Position numbers and translations under genes: made by a program. The notes below the pieces were generated by a model. The model made no database searches and was not told the DNA's origin. It worked only from the letters and a program-made list of their open reading frames with translations. From the IMG/VR virus record IMGVR_UViG_3300020048_000095: DNA of 64,000 bases; one strand, 5' to 3'. Source of the DNA: an uncultured virus (IMG/VR IMGVR_UViG_3300020048_000095). Lineage: Duplodnaviria > Heunggongvirae > Uroviricota > Caudoviricetes. The stretch's first letter is position 1, and each line of letters begins with the position of its first letter. Positions 49,358-58,455 of this stretch are shown in pieces.

Positions 49358-49664
49358 AAATATTTTTCTAATTTTCGCCCGGTCCACCTAATAATATATT
49401 CCTTTTATAATAGTATTATGAACTTATATATAATAGGGCCGGGAAATCTATAACGTCTTCTGTCTTTCTATCAAGCACTTACAACTTATTTACACAGCTT
49501 TAATCAAGTAAAAATTACTAGAAGAATTGATGTTTTTTGATTAAAGTGGCGTTTACAAGTTAATCCTTCGAGTAATTTTTACTTTTTGAAACCGAATATA
49601 AACTGTGTCATTTTCTATAGGGACTTTCGAAAAAGAACCGCGATGCTTTAGCCGATGGAGCACG

Positions 49665-50681
49665 TCATAATAATCCAGAACCAATAATGTCAGATCCCTC
49701 TACGACTAACAATCCTGACAACGGTGTAGAACCATTGCCGCTAACTATAACATTATTATATTTTATCCATCCCTTAGATATAAAAATACCTGTAGCAACT
49801 AATGCAGGGACATTTGGATTGCCTGTTATGATATTTGAAGGGACGATATCTAAAAATGCATCATCACCAATACTTGTAACTGAATTACCGATTGTTAATG
49901 TACCTGTAAAACCAGTACAAGAAGAAAACGCATAATCACCAATACTTGTAACTGAATTTGGAATAACTAAATTACCAAAAAACTCAGAACAACCAAAAAA
50001 CGCACCAACCTCAATACTTGTAACTGAATTTGGAATAACTAAATAACCTATAAAACTAGAACAGCCATAAAATGCACTCATACCAATACTTGTAACAGAA
50101 TTTCCAATAGTTAAGCTACCGTTAAAACCCTCGCACTTGTAAAATGCCAGATCGCCAATACTTATGACTGAATCAGGAATAACTAAACTTCCCGTGAATG
50201 GTACTCCAATTGATTCTGGATTATATTCATCTCCTCCAAATGCCAGATTACCAATACTTGTAACTGAATTACCAATTGTTAAAGTACCTGTAAAACCAGA
50301 ACAATCATAAAATGCATAATCACCAATACTTGTAACTGAATTAGGAATAACTAAATTACCAAAAAACCCAGAACAACCACGAAATGCACCAAAACCAATA
50401 GTCAAAAGATTCGTAGCTCCTGATAAATCCAAAGAAGTAAAACCAGAACAATTAAAAAATGCACTCGTACCGATAGTTAAAAGATTAGTAGCTCCTGATA
50501 AATCCAAAGAAGTTAAAAGTATCTGATTGTGAAAAGCACTCTCAGCAATAGCCACTACATTCTGCCCTCCAATTGTTGCTGGTATTACTAAATCTTCAGC
50601 ACCAGAAGAACTTCTTCCTGTAATAGTTGCCACTCCCGCACTTGGTGTATCTAATGAATATGTTAATGTTGCATTTGCCAT
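49665..50681 (-). CDS. BspA-type leucine-rich repeat protein
   Basis: Roughly ten repeats like IPNSVTSIGDYAFYDCSGFTGTLT. Confidence 0.9.
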   Translation of the reverse strand: MANATLTYSLDTPSAGVATITGRSSSGAEDLVIPATIGGQNVVAIAESAFHNQILLTSLDLSGATNLLTIGTSAFFNCSGFTSLDLSGATNLLTIGFGAFRGCSGFFGNLVIPNSVTSIGDYAFYDCSGFTGTLTIGNSVTSIGNLAFGGDEYNPESIGVPFTGSLVIPDSVISIGDLAFYKCEGFNGSLTIGNSVTSIGMSAFYGCSSFIGYLVIPNSVTSIEVGAFFGCSEFFGNLVIPNSVTSIGDYAFSSCTGFTGTLTIGNSVTSIGDDAFLDIVPSNIITGNPNVPALVATGIFISKGWIKYNNVIVSGNGSTPLSGLLVVEGSDIIGSGLL

Positions 50682-50693
50682 GATTATCTCCTA

Positions 50694-51110
50694 TTAATAT
50701 CCACCCACTAATGAAGTTAAGCACCAAGAAGAACCTATGTACCTTAACTGTAGTACATATGTCTTGCCAGAATTAAGCGTCTTAGGGGAAGTGAATGAAC
50801 TGTCACTTGGAATAATTATATTGGCATGTAATGATAAATTTCGTGCAGCTCCAGAAGCCGTAACATACCATGTCCACGAAACCCCGCCAAGATCTGCCCC
50901 TGTAGGTTCGTTAAGCGTTACGTCACCTGTTAAAGACGTTGTACGCAATAAACCGTCAACTATAGATGGGGTAACGGTTGCTTCATAAGTAAGAACTATT
51001 GGAATTTGCTTATCGACATAACTATCAATCAAATCTCCAAAGTCATCTTGATTGGGTATGTCACCATTTTTAAATTTGTTTTTAATTGTCGCTTTATCTG
51101 CTATTGCCAT
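50694..51110 (-). CDS. tail-fibre-related small protein
   Basis: N-terminal IKNKFKNGDIPNQDDFGDLIDS motif typical of fibre anchors; beta-rich C-terminus. Confidence 0.5.
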   Translation of the reverse strand: MAIADKATIKNKFKNGDIPNQDDFGDLIDSYVDKQIPIVLTYEATVTPSIVDGLLRTTSLTGDVTLNEPTGADLGGVSWTWYVTASGAARNLSLHANIIIPSDSSFTSPKTLNSGKTYVLQLRYIGSSWCLTSLVGGY

Positions 51111-51111
51111 T

Positions 51112-51285
51112 TTATCCTCCTATAATCAATTGACTTATCCCACAACCGATTGTCTTAATCTTGTCGTTTAAACACTTTCTAAGAAAAGAAGATATATTAA
51201 AATCATGTTCAACTGTTTTTATACGCCTTATCTTGTCTTTATCTTCCTCGCAAATTCTAATCTGTATCACTTTATTCTTTTTCAT
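51112..51285 (-). CDS. ribbon-helix-helix-like small protein
   Basis: KNKVIQIRICEEDKDKI...NISSFLRKCL. Confidence 0.55.
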   Translation of the reverse strand: MKKNKVIQIRICEEDKDKIRRIKTVEHDFNISSFLRKCLNDKIKTIGCGISQLIIGG

Positions 51286-51335
51286 AACTTTATTTCCCTG
51301 CAATTACATTGTCATTACAAAAACAACAAAAAAAA

Positions 51336-51749
51336 TTATGCCACTAGTTTTTCTTCTATTTCGTCAACGTGTTTGCTTTTGTAATCTATTGGTCTTATCT
51401 TGCCAACTTCATAACCATCATGTTCATATCCCTTTGCATTAGGATCTTTTAGTTCTTGATACAATCCCCATGTATGCCATGCCGATAGAAATTCGTTCTT
51501 ATTAGGCAATCTACCCAATCTATCCGTCAGCTCTCTTAATATATCGCTTAATTCAACAAATGTGTCTAGATATTCGGGATTTGCAGGATCTAATCCGATT
51601 ACATCTGCAAGCATTTTATGTATTCTAAACCACCTTCTAAGATCTTTTTTCTTAAAATCAGAAGAAACAGACGCAAATTTATATTGTTCGTCCGTCATTA
51701 GTTTATAGAATTTATCACCTATTTTATATTTTAAAAACCAATTTTGCAT
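51336..51749 (-). CDS. hypothetical protein
   Basis: MQNWF start directly behind AAGG-N19-GAAT. Confidence 0.65.
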   Translation of the reverse strand: MQNWFLKYKIGDKFYKLMTDEQYKFASVSSDFKKKDLRRWFRIHKMLADVIGLDPANPEYLDTFVELSDILRELTDRLGRLPNKNEFLSAWHTWGLYQELKDPNAKGYEHDGYEVGKIRPIDYKSKHVDEIEEKLVA

Positions 51750-51802
51750 ATATCTATATTCTTACGGAAGGACATTTATCCCTTTGTTGAGAAAAAAATG
51801 AT

Positions 51803-52114
51803 ATGAAAACACCATTAGAACAAGCGTACGAATTATTAGGTCGTTCACAATCTATATCCGATTATGTTAGCGTTCCAACTAGAATTACAAGAGACGCGAT
51901 TGAACAAAAAACAGAAGCACATGCTAATTTCAAAAATTATGACCATTCTTTGGAAATAAATAGATTACCTAAACTAAGAGAAAAATACAATTATGTCGAA
52001 CCTGAATCCATAATTGTCGAGAAGGAAGATATAATAATTGAAAACACACAAGAAATAGAACCATCTGAGGTGCCAAATTTAAGTGCTCTTTTTGATGATA
52101 ATTTCAATCTCTAG
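51803..52114 (+). CDS. hypothetical protein
   Basis: 103-aa ORF behind AAGG-N19-GAAA (51768-51794). Confidence 0.6.
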   Translation: MKTPLEQAYELLGRSQSISDYVSVPTRITRDAIEQKTEAHANFKNYDHSLEINRLPKLREKYNYVEPESIIVEKEDIIIENTQEIEPSEVPNLSALFDDNFNL

Positions 52115-52132
52115 CTCTTTGTATAATAAAAG

Positions 52133-52732
52133 ATGAAATCAAAACTTTATTTTTATTATGGAGCTATGGGGGCTGCAAAAACTTCCCAATTGTTAATAAC
52201 CAATTTCAATTATTTAGAAAAAGGGATGAAAACCATTCTAATCACTCCAGAAATAGACAACAGATATGAAAAAGGCATTATAAAATCAAGAATCGGAATG
52301 CAAGCAAAAGCAGACATAGTAGCCAACAATCAAAAAAACCTATACAAAACAGTATTAATACACAAAGCAGTATTAAATGATTTAAAATCTAAAACAATCG
52401 ATGTAATTATTGTCGATGAAGTTCAATTCTTAACAATAAAACAAATAAACCAATTAAGCGATATAGTTGATAAGTTAAATATTCCAGTTATATGTTTCGG
52501 ATTAAAGGCAGATTTCAAAAACAAATTATTTGCAGGTTCAAAAAGATTAATTGAATTAGCAGACACAATCATTGAATTAAAAACGATGTGCCATTGCGGG
52601 AAAAAAGCAACATGCAATATGCGAATTAATAACGGCAAAGCAATCAAAAACGGCTCACAAATCCAAATAGGGGGAAATGAATCGTATGTTGCTGTATGCA
52701 GAAAATGTTGGAAAGATGGACGAATTACCTGA
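52133..52732 (+). CDS. tdk: thymidine kinase
   Basis: YGAMGAAKT, IVDEVQFL, FGLKADF, CHCGKKA, IGGNESYVAVCRKCW. Confidence 0.95.
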   Translation: MKSKLYFYYGAMGAAKTSQLLITNFNYLEKGMKTILITPEIDNRYEKGIIKSRIGMQAKADIVANNQKNLYKTVLIHKAVLNDLKSKTIDVIIVDEVQFLTIKQINQLSDIVDKLNIPVICFGLKADFKNKLFAGSKRLIELADTIIELKTMCHCGKKATCNMRINNGKAIKNGSQIQIGGNESYVAVCRKCWKDGRIT

Positions 52733-53417
52733 TTTCAACGATATGTTCAAATAAAGCATGAAATTTACCCATGTCCTTATTAATGTGCATATGTCCAAAA
52801 TACCATTTCTTAAATGTCGCACAGTTCGCAATATGATCTAGATATCTAATTGTAGGGTCTTCTCCTCCGTCTGGATTCTTTGAAAAGCCTAATATTTCGA
52901 CTAAAAATTTAGGTAAAGTATGCGTTATTATATAATCAACGGCATATTGATATGTTTCTAGATTTTTAAGCCCATGATCTGTCTCGGCATAATTAGGAAC
53001 TTCTTCTTCCCAATAAGAAACCCCAAGCCTTCTACGATTTCTATCTGTACTGTGGGCTCCTCCAAAACAAAAGATAGATTTGCCCCCAATATTATAAATT
53101 TCACCTCTTCTAAGATGATATACGCTTTCGCTAGCCTTGCCGACAACACTGCCAAATTTTTCTATTTGCTCAAGATTGTTCAGTCTAAAATGATTTTCAT
53201 GGTTTCCGTCAATGAATAATGTTGTCCACTTTCTTTCGTCAAACCATTTTAAATTATAATTTTCATGACTGTCTGGTTCATTCTTCCACAAAATGCCAAA
53301 ATCACCAGCAACAATAACGTAATCGTCTTTGGTTAATCCTTTGCCTTCCGGAAACCTTTTAGTAGAAAATCTAAAAGGGTCTCCATGAATGTCTCCAGTT
53401 ATAAAAATTCTGCTCAT
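52725..53417 (-). CDS. calcineurin-like metallophosphoesterase
   Basis: GDIHG, GDFG, GNHE, ITH, GHMH. Confidence 0.92.
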   Translation of the reverse strand: MSRIFITGDIHGDPFRFSTKRFPEGKGLTKDDYVIVAGDFGILWKNEPDSHENYNLKWFDERKWTTLFIDGNHENHFRLNNLEQIEKFGSVVGKASESVYHLRRGEIYNIGGKSIFCFGGAHSTDRNRRRLGVSYWEEEVPNYAETDHGLKNLETYQYAVDYIITHTLPKFLVEILGFSKNPDGGEDPTIRYLDHIANCATFKKWYFGHMHINKDMGKFHALFEHIVEIR

Positions 53418-53424
53418 TTTGACA

Positions 53425-54159
53425 TTATACCTTAATTAATTGAAAAATCAAGGAGTCAACTACCATGGCTTGCATAATTTGCTTGACATATTGTTTCCAA
53501 CTTAAAACAGCAAATCCATAATGTCCATATTCAGTTCCCCAGCTATTCTGAATATAGACTCCATCCATATCGTAGCCGCACAGAAGAACAGCGTGACCAC
53601 CTTTATCTTTTGCTTTGCTTCCTAAATCTCTTATAAGTCCTGTTTTTTTATCAACCCAATCCCATTCATCGGTAATTCTAAACCCCGCTAGAACAACTCC
53701 ATACTGATGTAAAGCGAATTTTATAGATATCATGCGTTTCAAACCGATATCCATGCCAGATTGATTGATTGACGGATAATCTACATACTTTGCTGTTCCG
53801 TTAATTAACTTTAAATTTATCGCGCCTTGAATTGCAGAACTTAGATATGTACCAGGACTATTGTTGCCATCAATCTTCTTGGCTTCTGCATAAATAGCAT
53901 CGCCATCTACTTGTGCTGGATAATGAATGGTTTTCCAATTATGATACTCTATATAGCCAGCCATTGAATAACCGGCGCAATTAGGAGTCTGAAGTTGATT
54001 ACTTGAACTTAAACACATATCTCTGGAATCAATTCTGTACGGAGAAATAAATTGTTCTGGAACTTTCATTAAGGCAACTCCTCCACGTGGAATTATCTCA
54101 TCAAAAAGGTCTCCGCTGGCAAAACTACTTTTTTTGTATTTCAAATAATCTAGAATCAT
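53425..54159 (-). CDS. papain-like (C1) cysteine peptidase
   Basis: NQLQTPNCAGYS, GGHAVLLCGY, IQNSWG. Confidence 0.88.
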   Translation of the reverse strand: MILDYLKYKKSSFASGDLFDEIIPRGGVALMKVPEQFISPYRIDSRDMCLSSSNQLQTPNCAGYSMAGYIEYHNWKTIHYPAQVDGDAIYAEAKKIDGNNSPGTYLSSAIQGAINLKLINGTAKYVDYPSINQSGMDIGLKRMISIKFALHQYGVVLAGFRITDEWDWVDKKTGLIRDLGSKAKDKGGHAVLLCGYDMDGVYIQNSWGTEYGHYGFAVLSWKQYVKQIMQAMVVDSLIFQLIKV

Positions 54160-54322
54160 ATTCCTCCTTGTTGAATCCGTTTGTTATTAAAATCGGTATG
54201 AAATTTGTAAAATCGACTCTATTTATTAACGGAGACCTTATGTCTTCTTCCGTCTTTGTGCAAGAAAATCCTGACAAACATATATATATTAGAGCAATTA
54301 ACAATAATTTATTTACATGCAT
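54125..54322 (-). CDS. signal-peptide-like small ORF overlapping the C1 peptidase start
   Basis: MHVNKLLLIALIYICLSGFSC; preceded by AAGG-N18-GAAT (54331-54356). Confidence 0.5.
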   Translation of the reverse strand: MHVNKLLLIALIYICLSGFSCTKTEEDIRSPLINRVDFTNFIPILITNGFNKEEYDSRLFEIQKK

Positions 54323-54405
54323 TATAACCAATTCTACACTAACAAATAAATACCTTTGAATTTACAAAAAAGGAATTTTAAAAAACGATTAAGAATAAAC
54401 ACATT

Positions 54406-54858
54406 ATGTTAACAATAGAACCATCACTTATATTAAAGGCAATTAATTGTGCCGAAAACAATATCGTAATAACAGATGTTGACGGGAATATATTGTGGTG
54501 CAATAAACACGCTATAGATTTTATAGGATATTCCCCAGATGAAATATTAGGTAAAAACGCAAATATCATCAAACATGAATCTACACCTCAAAAATTGTAT
54601 AAAGTTATGTGGGATACTATAAAAAACAAAAAAATAAAATGGCGTGGGAAACTTAAAAATAAAAAGAAAGATGGGACCACATATGTGGAAGAACTTACTA
54701 TAACTCCTGTCTTGGACGATGACGGCGAAATACAATATTTTATCGGCGTTCAAAACGATATAACAGAAATAGAAGAATTGAAAGAAGGCATTAAGGAAAA
54801 AATAAAACAAGTTAGAGAAGTTGTCAAAAAGCAATTAAAAAATCATGAGAATTTATAA
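54406..54858 (+). CDS. stand-alone PAS/PAC domain protein
   Basis: IVITDVDGNILWCN...GYSPDEILGKN...MWDTI...WRG.L.NKKKDG...ITPV....G.IQYFIGVQNDITE plus a short coiled coil. Confidence 0.9.
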   Translation: MLTIEPSLILKAINCAENNIVITDVDGNILWCNKHAIDFIGYSPDEILGKNANIIKHESTPQKLYKVMWDTIKNKKIKWRGKLKNKKKDGTTYVEELTITPVLDDDGEIQYFIGVQNDITEIEELKEGIKEKIKQVREVVKKQLKNHENL

Positions 54859-55267
54859 AATAGCACAAGAAACGCAAGAACAAAAAGAGCAAATTCAACA
54901 AGAAATAACTAAAGCAAGTTATACTATTCAAACTGCTATCGCCAATATAAACAAATCTCTTCAAACATTGGAAAGCTCAAATATACTCCCACTTTTAACA
55001 AGACCGCAAATCGTATCTGAAATACAATCCGACAATATAACAAATCTAGACCCAAATACTGCTAACGAAGCACTTAAAGCAATACAAAACATAATAGCTT
55101 CAATACCTGCAATAAATACCGCTAAAAGGACTCTGGAGGGCTATCAAGTTGATTACGCGGTTATGAGGCAAGGAATGGTAGAAGCGATTCAATCAAATAG
55201 TTGGGATTCTTTTTCGGCGGCAATAGCTAGTTTCCAACAAAACGCGCCTGCAATGGGAAATCTTTAA
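54845..55267 (+). CDS. MRIYK-leader helical protein
   Basis: MRIYKIAQ; Gln/Ala/Ile-rich helices. Confidence 0.7.
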   Translation: MRIYKIAQETQEQKEQIQQEITKASYTIQTAIANINKSLQTLESSNILPLLTRPQIVSEIQSDNITNLDPNTANEALKAIQNIIASIPAINTAKRTLEGYQVDYAVMRQGMVEAIQSNSWDSFSAAIASFQQNAPAMGNL

Positions 55268-55271
55268 AATT

Positions 55272-55835
55272 CTAATTATATCCCATTCTTGCGTCGAACG
55301 AAACAATTTCTCCGTTAGAATTTAACCCAACATTGTCGTGACGGTAAAGATCTTCATAATGGAATGGTGCCATTTTATCATAATAAGTTTCAACTATTTC
55401 AAACGCGACCGGGAATTGCGCTTTCAGATCTTTCTGCTCTTCATGAGATTGATTATCTTCGTATTTATTAAAAACCATCCTTAACGTATCATTTAGCGGA
55501 TAAACTTTTTCCTTCAAAATATAATAATATCTGTAACCGTTTTCGTTATATAATTCGCCCAAATCATAAATTTTTGCAAAAGCTCCAGCTTGTGCGTCTT
55601 TTATCTGTAATGCCGCTTTATATTCATCGTCATCTAAAGTAAGTTTCAATACCTTATCGTCTTCTGTTAAAAAAGCCATCCCCCACATGCCTTCGCCTAC
55701 ACTGTCTTTTAATTTAAAACGTTTTTCAATCATATCGGCTTCTTTTTCGGAAAGTAAAAAGTCAATACTTCTCCCGCCATATTCAATCGGTTTTTTGTTT
55801 AACGGTAACGCAAACGCTTTTCTATATATCTTCAT
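55272..55835 (-). CDS. MKIYR-leader protein-kinase-like protein
   Basis: Probable start MKIYRKAFALPL at 55835; VGEGMWGMAF, VLKLT, DLYRHDNVG, SFDA; paralogue of 5571-6137. Confidence 0.75.
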   Translation of the reverse strand: MKIYRKAFALPLNKKPIEYGGRSIDFLLSEKEADMIEKRFKLKDSVGEGMWGMAFLTEDDKVLKLTLDDDEYKAALQIKDAQAGAFAKIYDLGELYNENGYRYYYILKEKVYPLNDTLRMVFNKYEDNQSHEEQKDLKAQFPVAFEIVETYYDKMAPFHYEDLYRHDNVGLNSNGEIVSFDARMGYN

Positions 55836-55910
55836 GAAAAAATTATTCGCTAAATTTTCCCCAAACGCCTTTAAAGGGTTTTTAAATAGGAAAATATGCA
55901 ATTATGTTGA

Positions 55911-56384
55911 TCAACCAATGACTAATGTCAAGTCGTATCTAGAAAGAGGATCGGAAACAGTGCCCGCTCCAGCCGCTGTGATAGTGCCAAGTAAACTGTC
56001 TTCTCTGCCCTTATTGTTTATAAATGGTAGCGAAATAGACCATATCTTACCAGAAGGATTGTTTCTTTCATCTTTGTAGTACCTAGTTGATTCAATCAAA
56101 TTTTCAATTCCCAACTCATCCATCTTCTTAAATATTGCATGAACATTTTCCCAAGAATTGTCTGTAAATAGCCCTTTTGTTAAATGATTGCAATTATTGT
56201 AAACGAATGTTTTCGCCGACTGTTTAGACCTGCCATTCAATGGGTTGCCAGATTCCGTTTTAGCTACTGGTTCTTGAGAAGAATCCAATCCATTTGACCA
56301 TCCAGAACTTTGCCCTAATCTTTCCCACTCTTTCTTTGAAATTTGCATCTTACTTTTGCCATTTGCCATTTTAGTTATTTTCAT
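55911..56384 (-). CDS. SKKEW-leader protein
   Basis: ISKKEWERLGQSSGW; AAGGAGG RBS. Confidence 0.72.
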   Translation of the reverse strand: MKITKMANGKSKMQISKKEWERLGQSSGWSNGLDSSQEPVAKTESGNPLNGRSKQSAKTFVYNNCNHLTKGLFTDNSWENVHAIFKKMDELGIENLIESTRYYKDERNNPSGKIWSISLPFINNKGREDSLLGTITAAGAGTVSDPLSRYDLTLVIG

Positions 56385-56537
56385 TTAAAAAACCTCCTTT
56401 TATTATTGCTATTAAACAGTATTCAAAAATAAAGTTTAAAAAGCCTTTGAANNNNNNNNNNTTTTTTTTTTTTTTTTTGAAATTGTTATTGTGGCTATAA
56501 TTGTAGCGTATAGAAAAACCAAAAAGGAGAACAAAAA

Positions 56538-56807
56538 ATGAAGATTACATTAAGCAAAAGTCAGTGGGAAAGCGTCGGTAAAAATGCTGGTTGGATGAAA
56601 AAAGCACAACAGGCTCCAGCACAACAGGCTCCAGCTCAACAGGCTCAAGGGCAGGCTCCAGCGTCGAGCAAATCGTTTCAAATCATTGATCAAAATCTTA
56701 AGTCATTAGAAATGGAATCAAAGCAGCTACCACTAAATGGTCAACAGATTAGAGTTTTAATCAATCAAATTAGACAACTGGCACAGACCGATCCTTCGAT
56801 TGCTTAA
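56538..56807 (+). CDS. SKKEW-type leader small protein with QQAPA repeats
   Basis: LSKSQWESVGKNAGWMKKAQQAPAQQAPAQQA; AAGGAG RBS. Confidence 0.72.
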   Translation: MKITLSKSQWESVGKNAGWMKKAQQAPAQQAPAQQAQGQAPASSKSFQIIDQNLKSLEMESKQLPLNGQQIRVLINQIRQLAQTDPSIA

Positions 56808-56899
56808 TAACGGTTGATTTAAATGATATTTCAATATTTTCGTATTAATAATTTGCCTTTAAAAGGTCTTTTCAATTATTAATACGAAAATATACCATT

Positions 56900-57523
56900 A
56901 TGTATATTAACTGGTATAAAAAAGCTCAAGAAGAATATCAAGGCGAACACTCCGCTCCTATAAAGCACGACGATTATGCTCCATTGCACGATTTAACCAA
57001 ACTGCATCCAGATGATATATACTCTTCGGACGCTGCAAGACTATATGGAGATGGAGTTTCGTATGATAATGAGTCTATAGTTATTATTCAATCCTGCCGT
57101 AATAGACCGAATAAACAGGTGAAAATATATAGAGCAGTACCAAATCTAAATGCAGAGAATGAAGCAAAATTAAAAAATTTATATGAATTAACGTACTATG
57201 TAAATCAATTCGGTTTTTTACCAATGTCGGACAACCCAAAAACAAAACATTTAACAATCCCACAAGAAATAACCCCCGAAATAAGATTGGATAAAAATAA
57301 AATATTAGAAAAACTAAATGAACTTGAAGAAAAAGAAGAATCTAACAAAAAATCTCCTATAAAAATAAACCCCGGAGATTGGGTGTCAATATCTTTAAGT
57401 TATGCAAAAGAACATGGACGAGCAAATCTTCTGAATAATTACAAAATAATTTCTAAAACAGTAACGGCAAAAGAATTATATACAGAAGCAAATTCAATAC
57501 ACGAATGGGGTTATAATCCATAA
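56900..57523 (+). CDS. NWYK-leader protein, ART-like fold
   Basis: MYINWYKKAQ; VKIYRAV...INPGDWVS....YAKEHG...HEWGY (R-S-E-like arrangement). Confidence 0.55.
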   Translation: MYINWYKKAQEEYQGEHSAPIKHDDYAPLHDLTKLHPDDIYSSDAARLYGDGVSYDNESIVIIQSCRNRPNKQVKIYRAVPNLNAENEAKLKNLYELTYYVNQFGFLPMSDNPKTKHLTIPQEITPEIRLDKNKILEKLNELEEKEESNKKSPIKINPGDWVSISLSYAKEHGRANLLNNYKIISKTVTAKELYTEANSIHEWGYNP

Positions 57524-58411
57524 CTAATTGTTTTTCTCATACCAATTACTCAAATCAATATTCTCAGGAACGTCATTCTTGCATATTTTGAATGCATCGT
57601 CAAAACTTACATAATCAAAAGCCGTACATTTTGATTCAGGATTGCAGTTGAATATCTTTATGTCTTTTTCTTCCAAATAAGGCTTTATCTTCTTTAACAT
57701 ATCATCTTCATGTAAATATCTATTGTTGGATGGAACCGCTTTTTGACCGAATGCATATTGCTGTTCCTTATCCCTCCAAAAATCAACACCAAGCATATAA
57801 ATTCGTTGACAACCAAGATAGCACATTAGCCTTATCCCTAAAAGCATAGTACTTAAACAGGTATATGGACGCTCAGATTCTGGTTGTTTCCCGCCATATC
57901 CCCAATGAGCGTATTCAGTCGTCAAGAATTGTTCTGGATATAAAAATGTTTTTCTATTGAAACCAAAAGTATTAGGACAATCTTTTACTTTCTTTTTAAG
58001 TTCTCTAAAAGTCCCATCGGCTTGTTTAATGCGTATTCTTTTGTTTAATTTAGGTGTTGGGGCAAAAGTCATTATTGCAGGATCGAAAAACAAAGCATGG
58101 TGGAATTTTGTATGAGGGTCGCTAAAACACCACGCAGAAACAGGAACGTGAGCGGCAATATTGTTAACTCCCAAGGAAACAACTCCTCTTTCTTTTAGTT
58201 TATGATAAGGAAGTTTATTTACACTTGGTCCACCACAAACAAGAAATCCAGCAGTAGGATTGTCTCTATGCCATAATCCAGAAAGATTTATTTGTTCAAA
58301 ACCACTATGATTGCAATGGTTACATACTTTTATTTGGGGTTTTTCGCCATTGCATTTAGGACATGGCTGTTTTGAATTGACAATTTCTAATGAATCGTTG
58401 TAATGCCTCAT
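57524..58411 (-). CDS. DUF115/Maf-like (glycosyltransferase-like) protein with N-terminal zinc ribbon
   Basis: CPKC..CNHC; FLVCGGPSV, LGVNN, YLGCQRIYMLGVDF, IFNCNPES. Confidence 0.6.
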   Translation of the reverse strand: MRHYNDSLEIVNSKQPCPKCNGEKPQIKVCNHCNHSGFEQINLSGLWHRDNPTAGFLVCGGPSVNKLPYHKLKERGVVSLGVNNIAAHVPVSAWCFSDPHTKFHHALFFDPAIMTFAPTPKLNKRIRIKQADGTFRELKKKVKDCPNTFGFNRKTFLYPEQFLTTEYAHWGYGGKQPESERPYTCLSTMLLGIRLMCYLGCQRIYMLGVDFWRDKEQQYAFGQKAVPSNNRYLHEDDMLKKIKPYLEEKDIKIFNCNPESKCTAFDYVSFDDAFKICKNDVPENIDLSNWYEKNN

Positions 58412-58455
58412 GTTATTTCCCTTTTGTATTTTTATCTATTATACAAAAATGAGGA

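Noticed and set aside
56452..56478. N run followed by a long poly-T
   Set aside because: Scaffold gap or low-quality join; not interpretable, and contiguity across it is unproven (although the same leaders and promoters occur on both sides).
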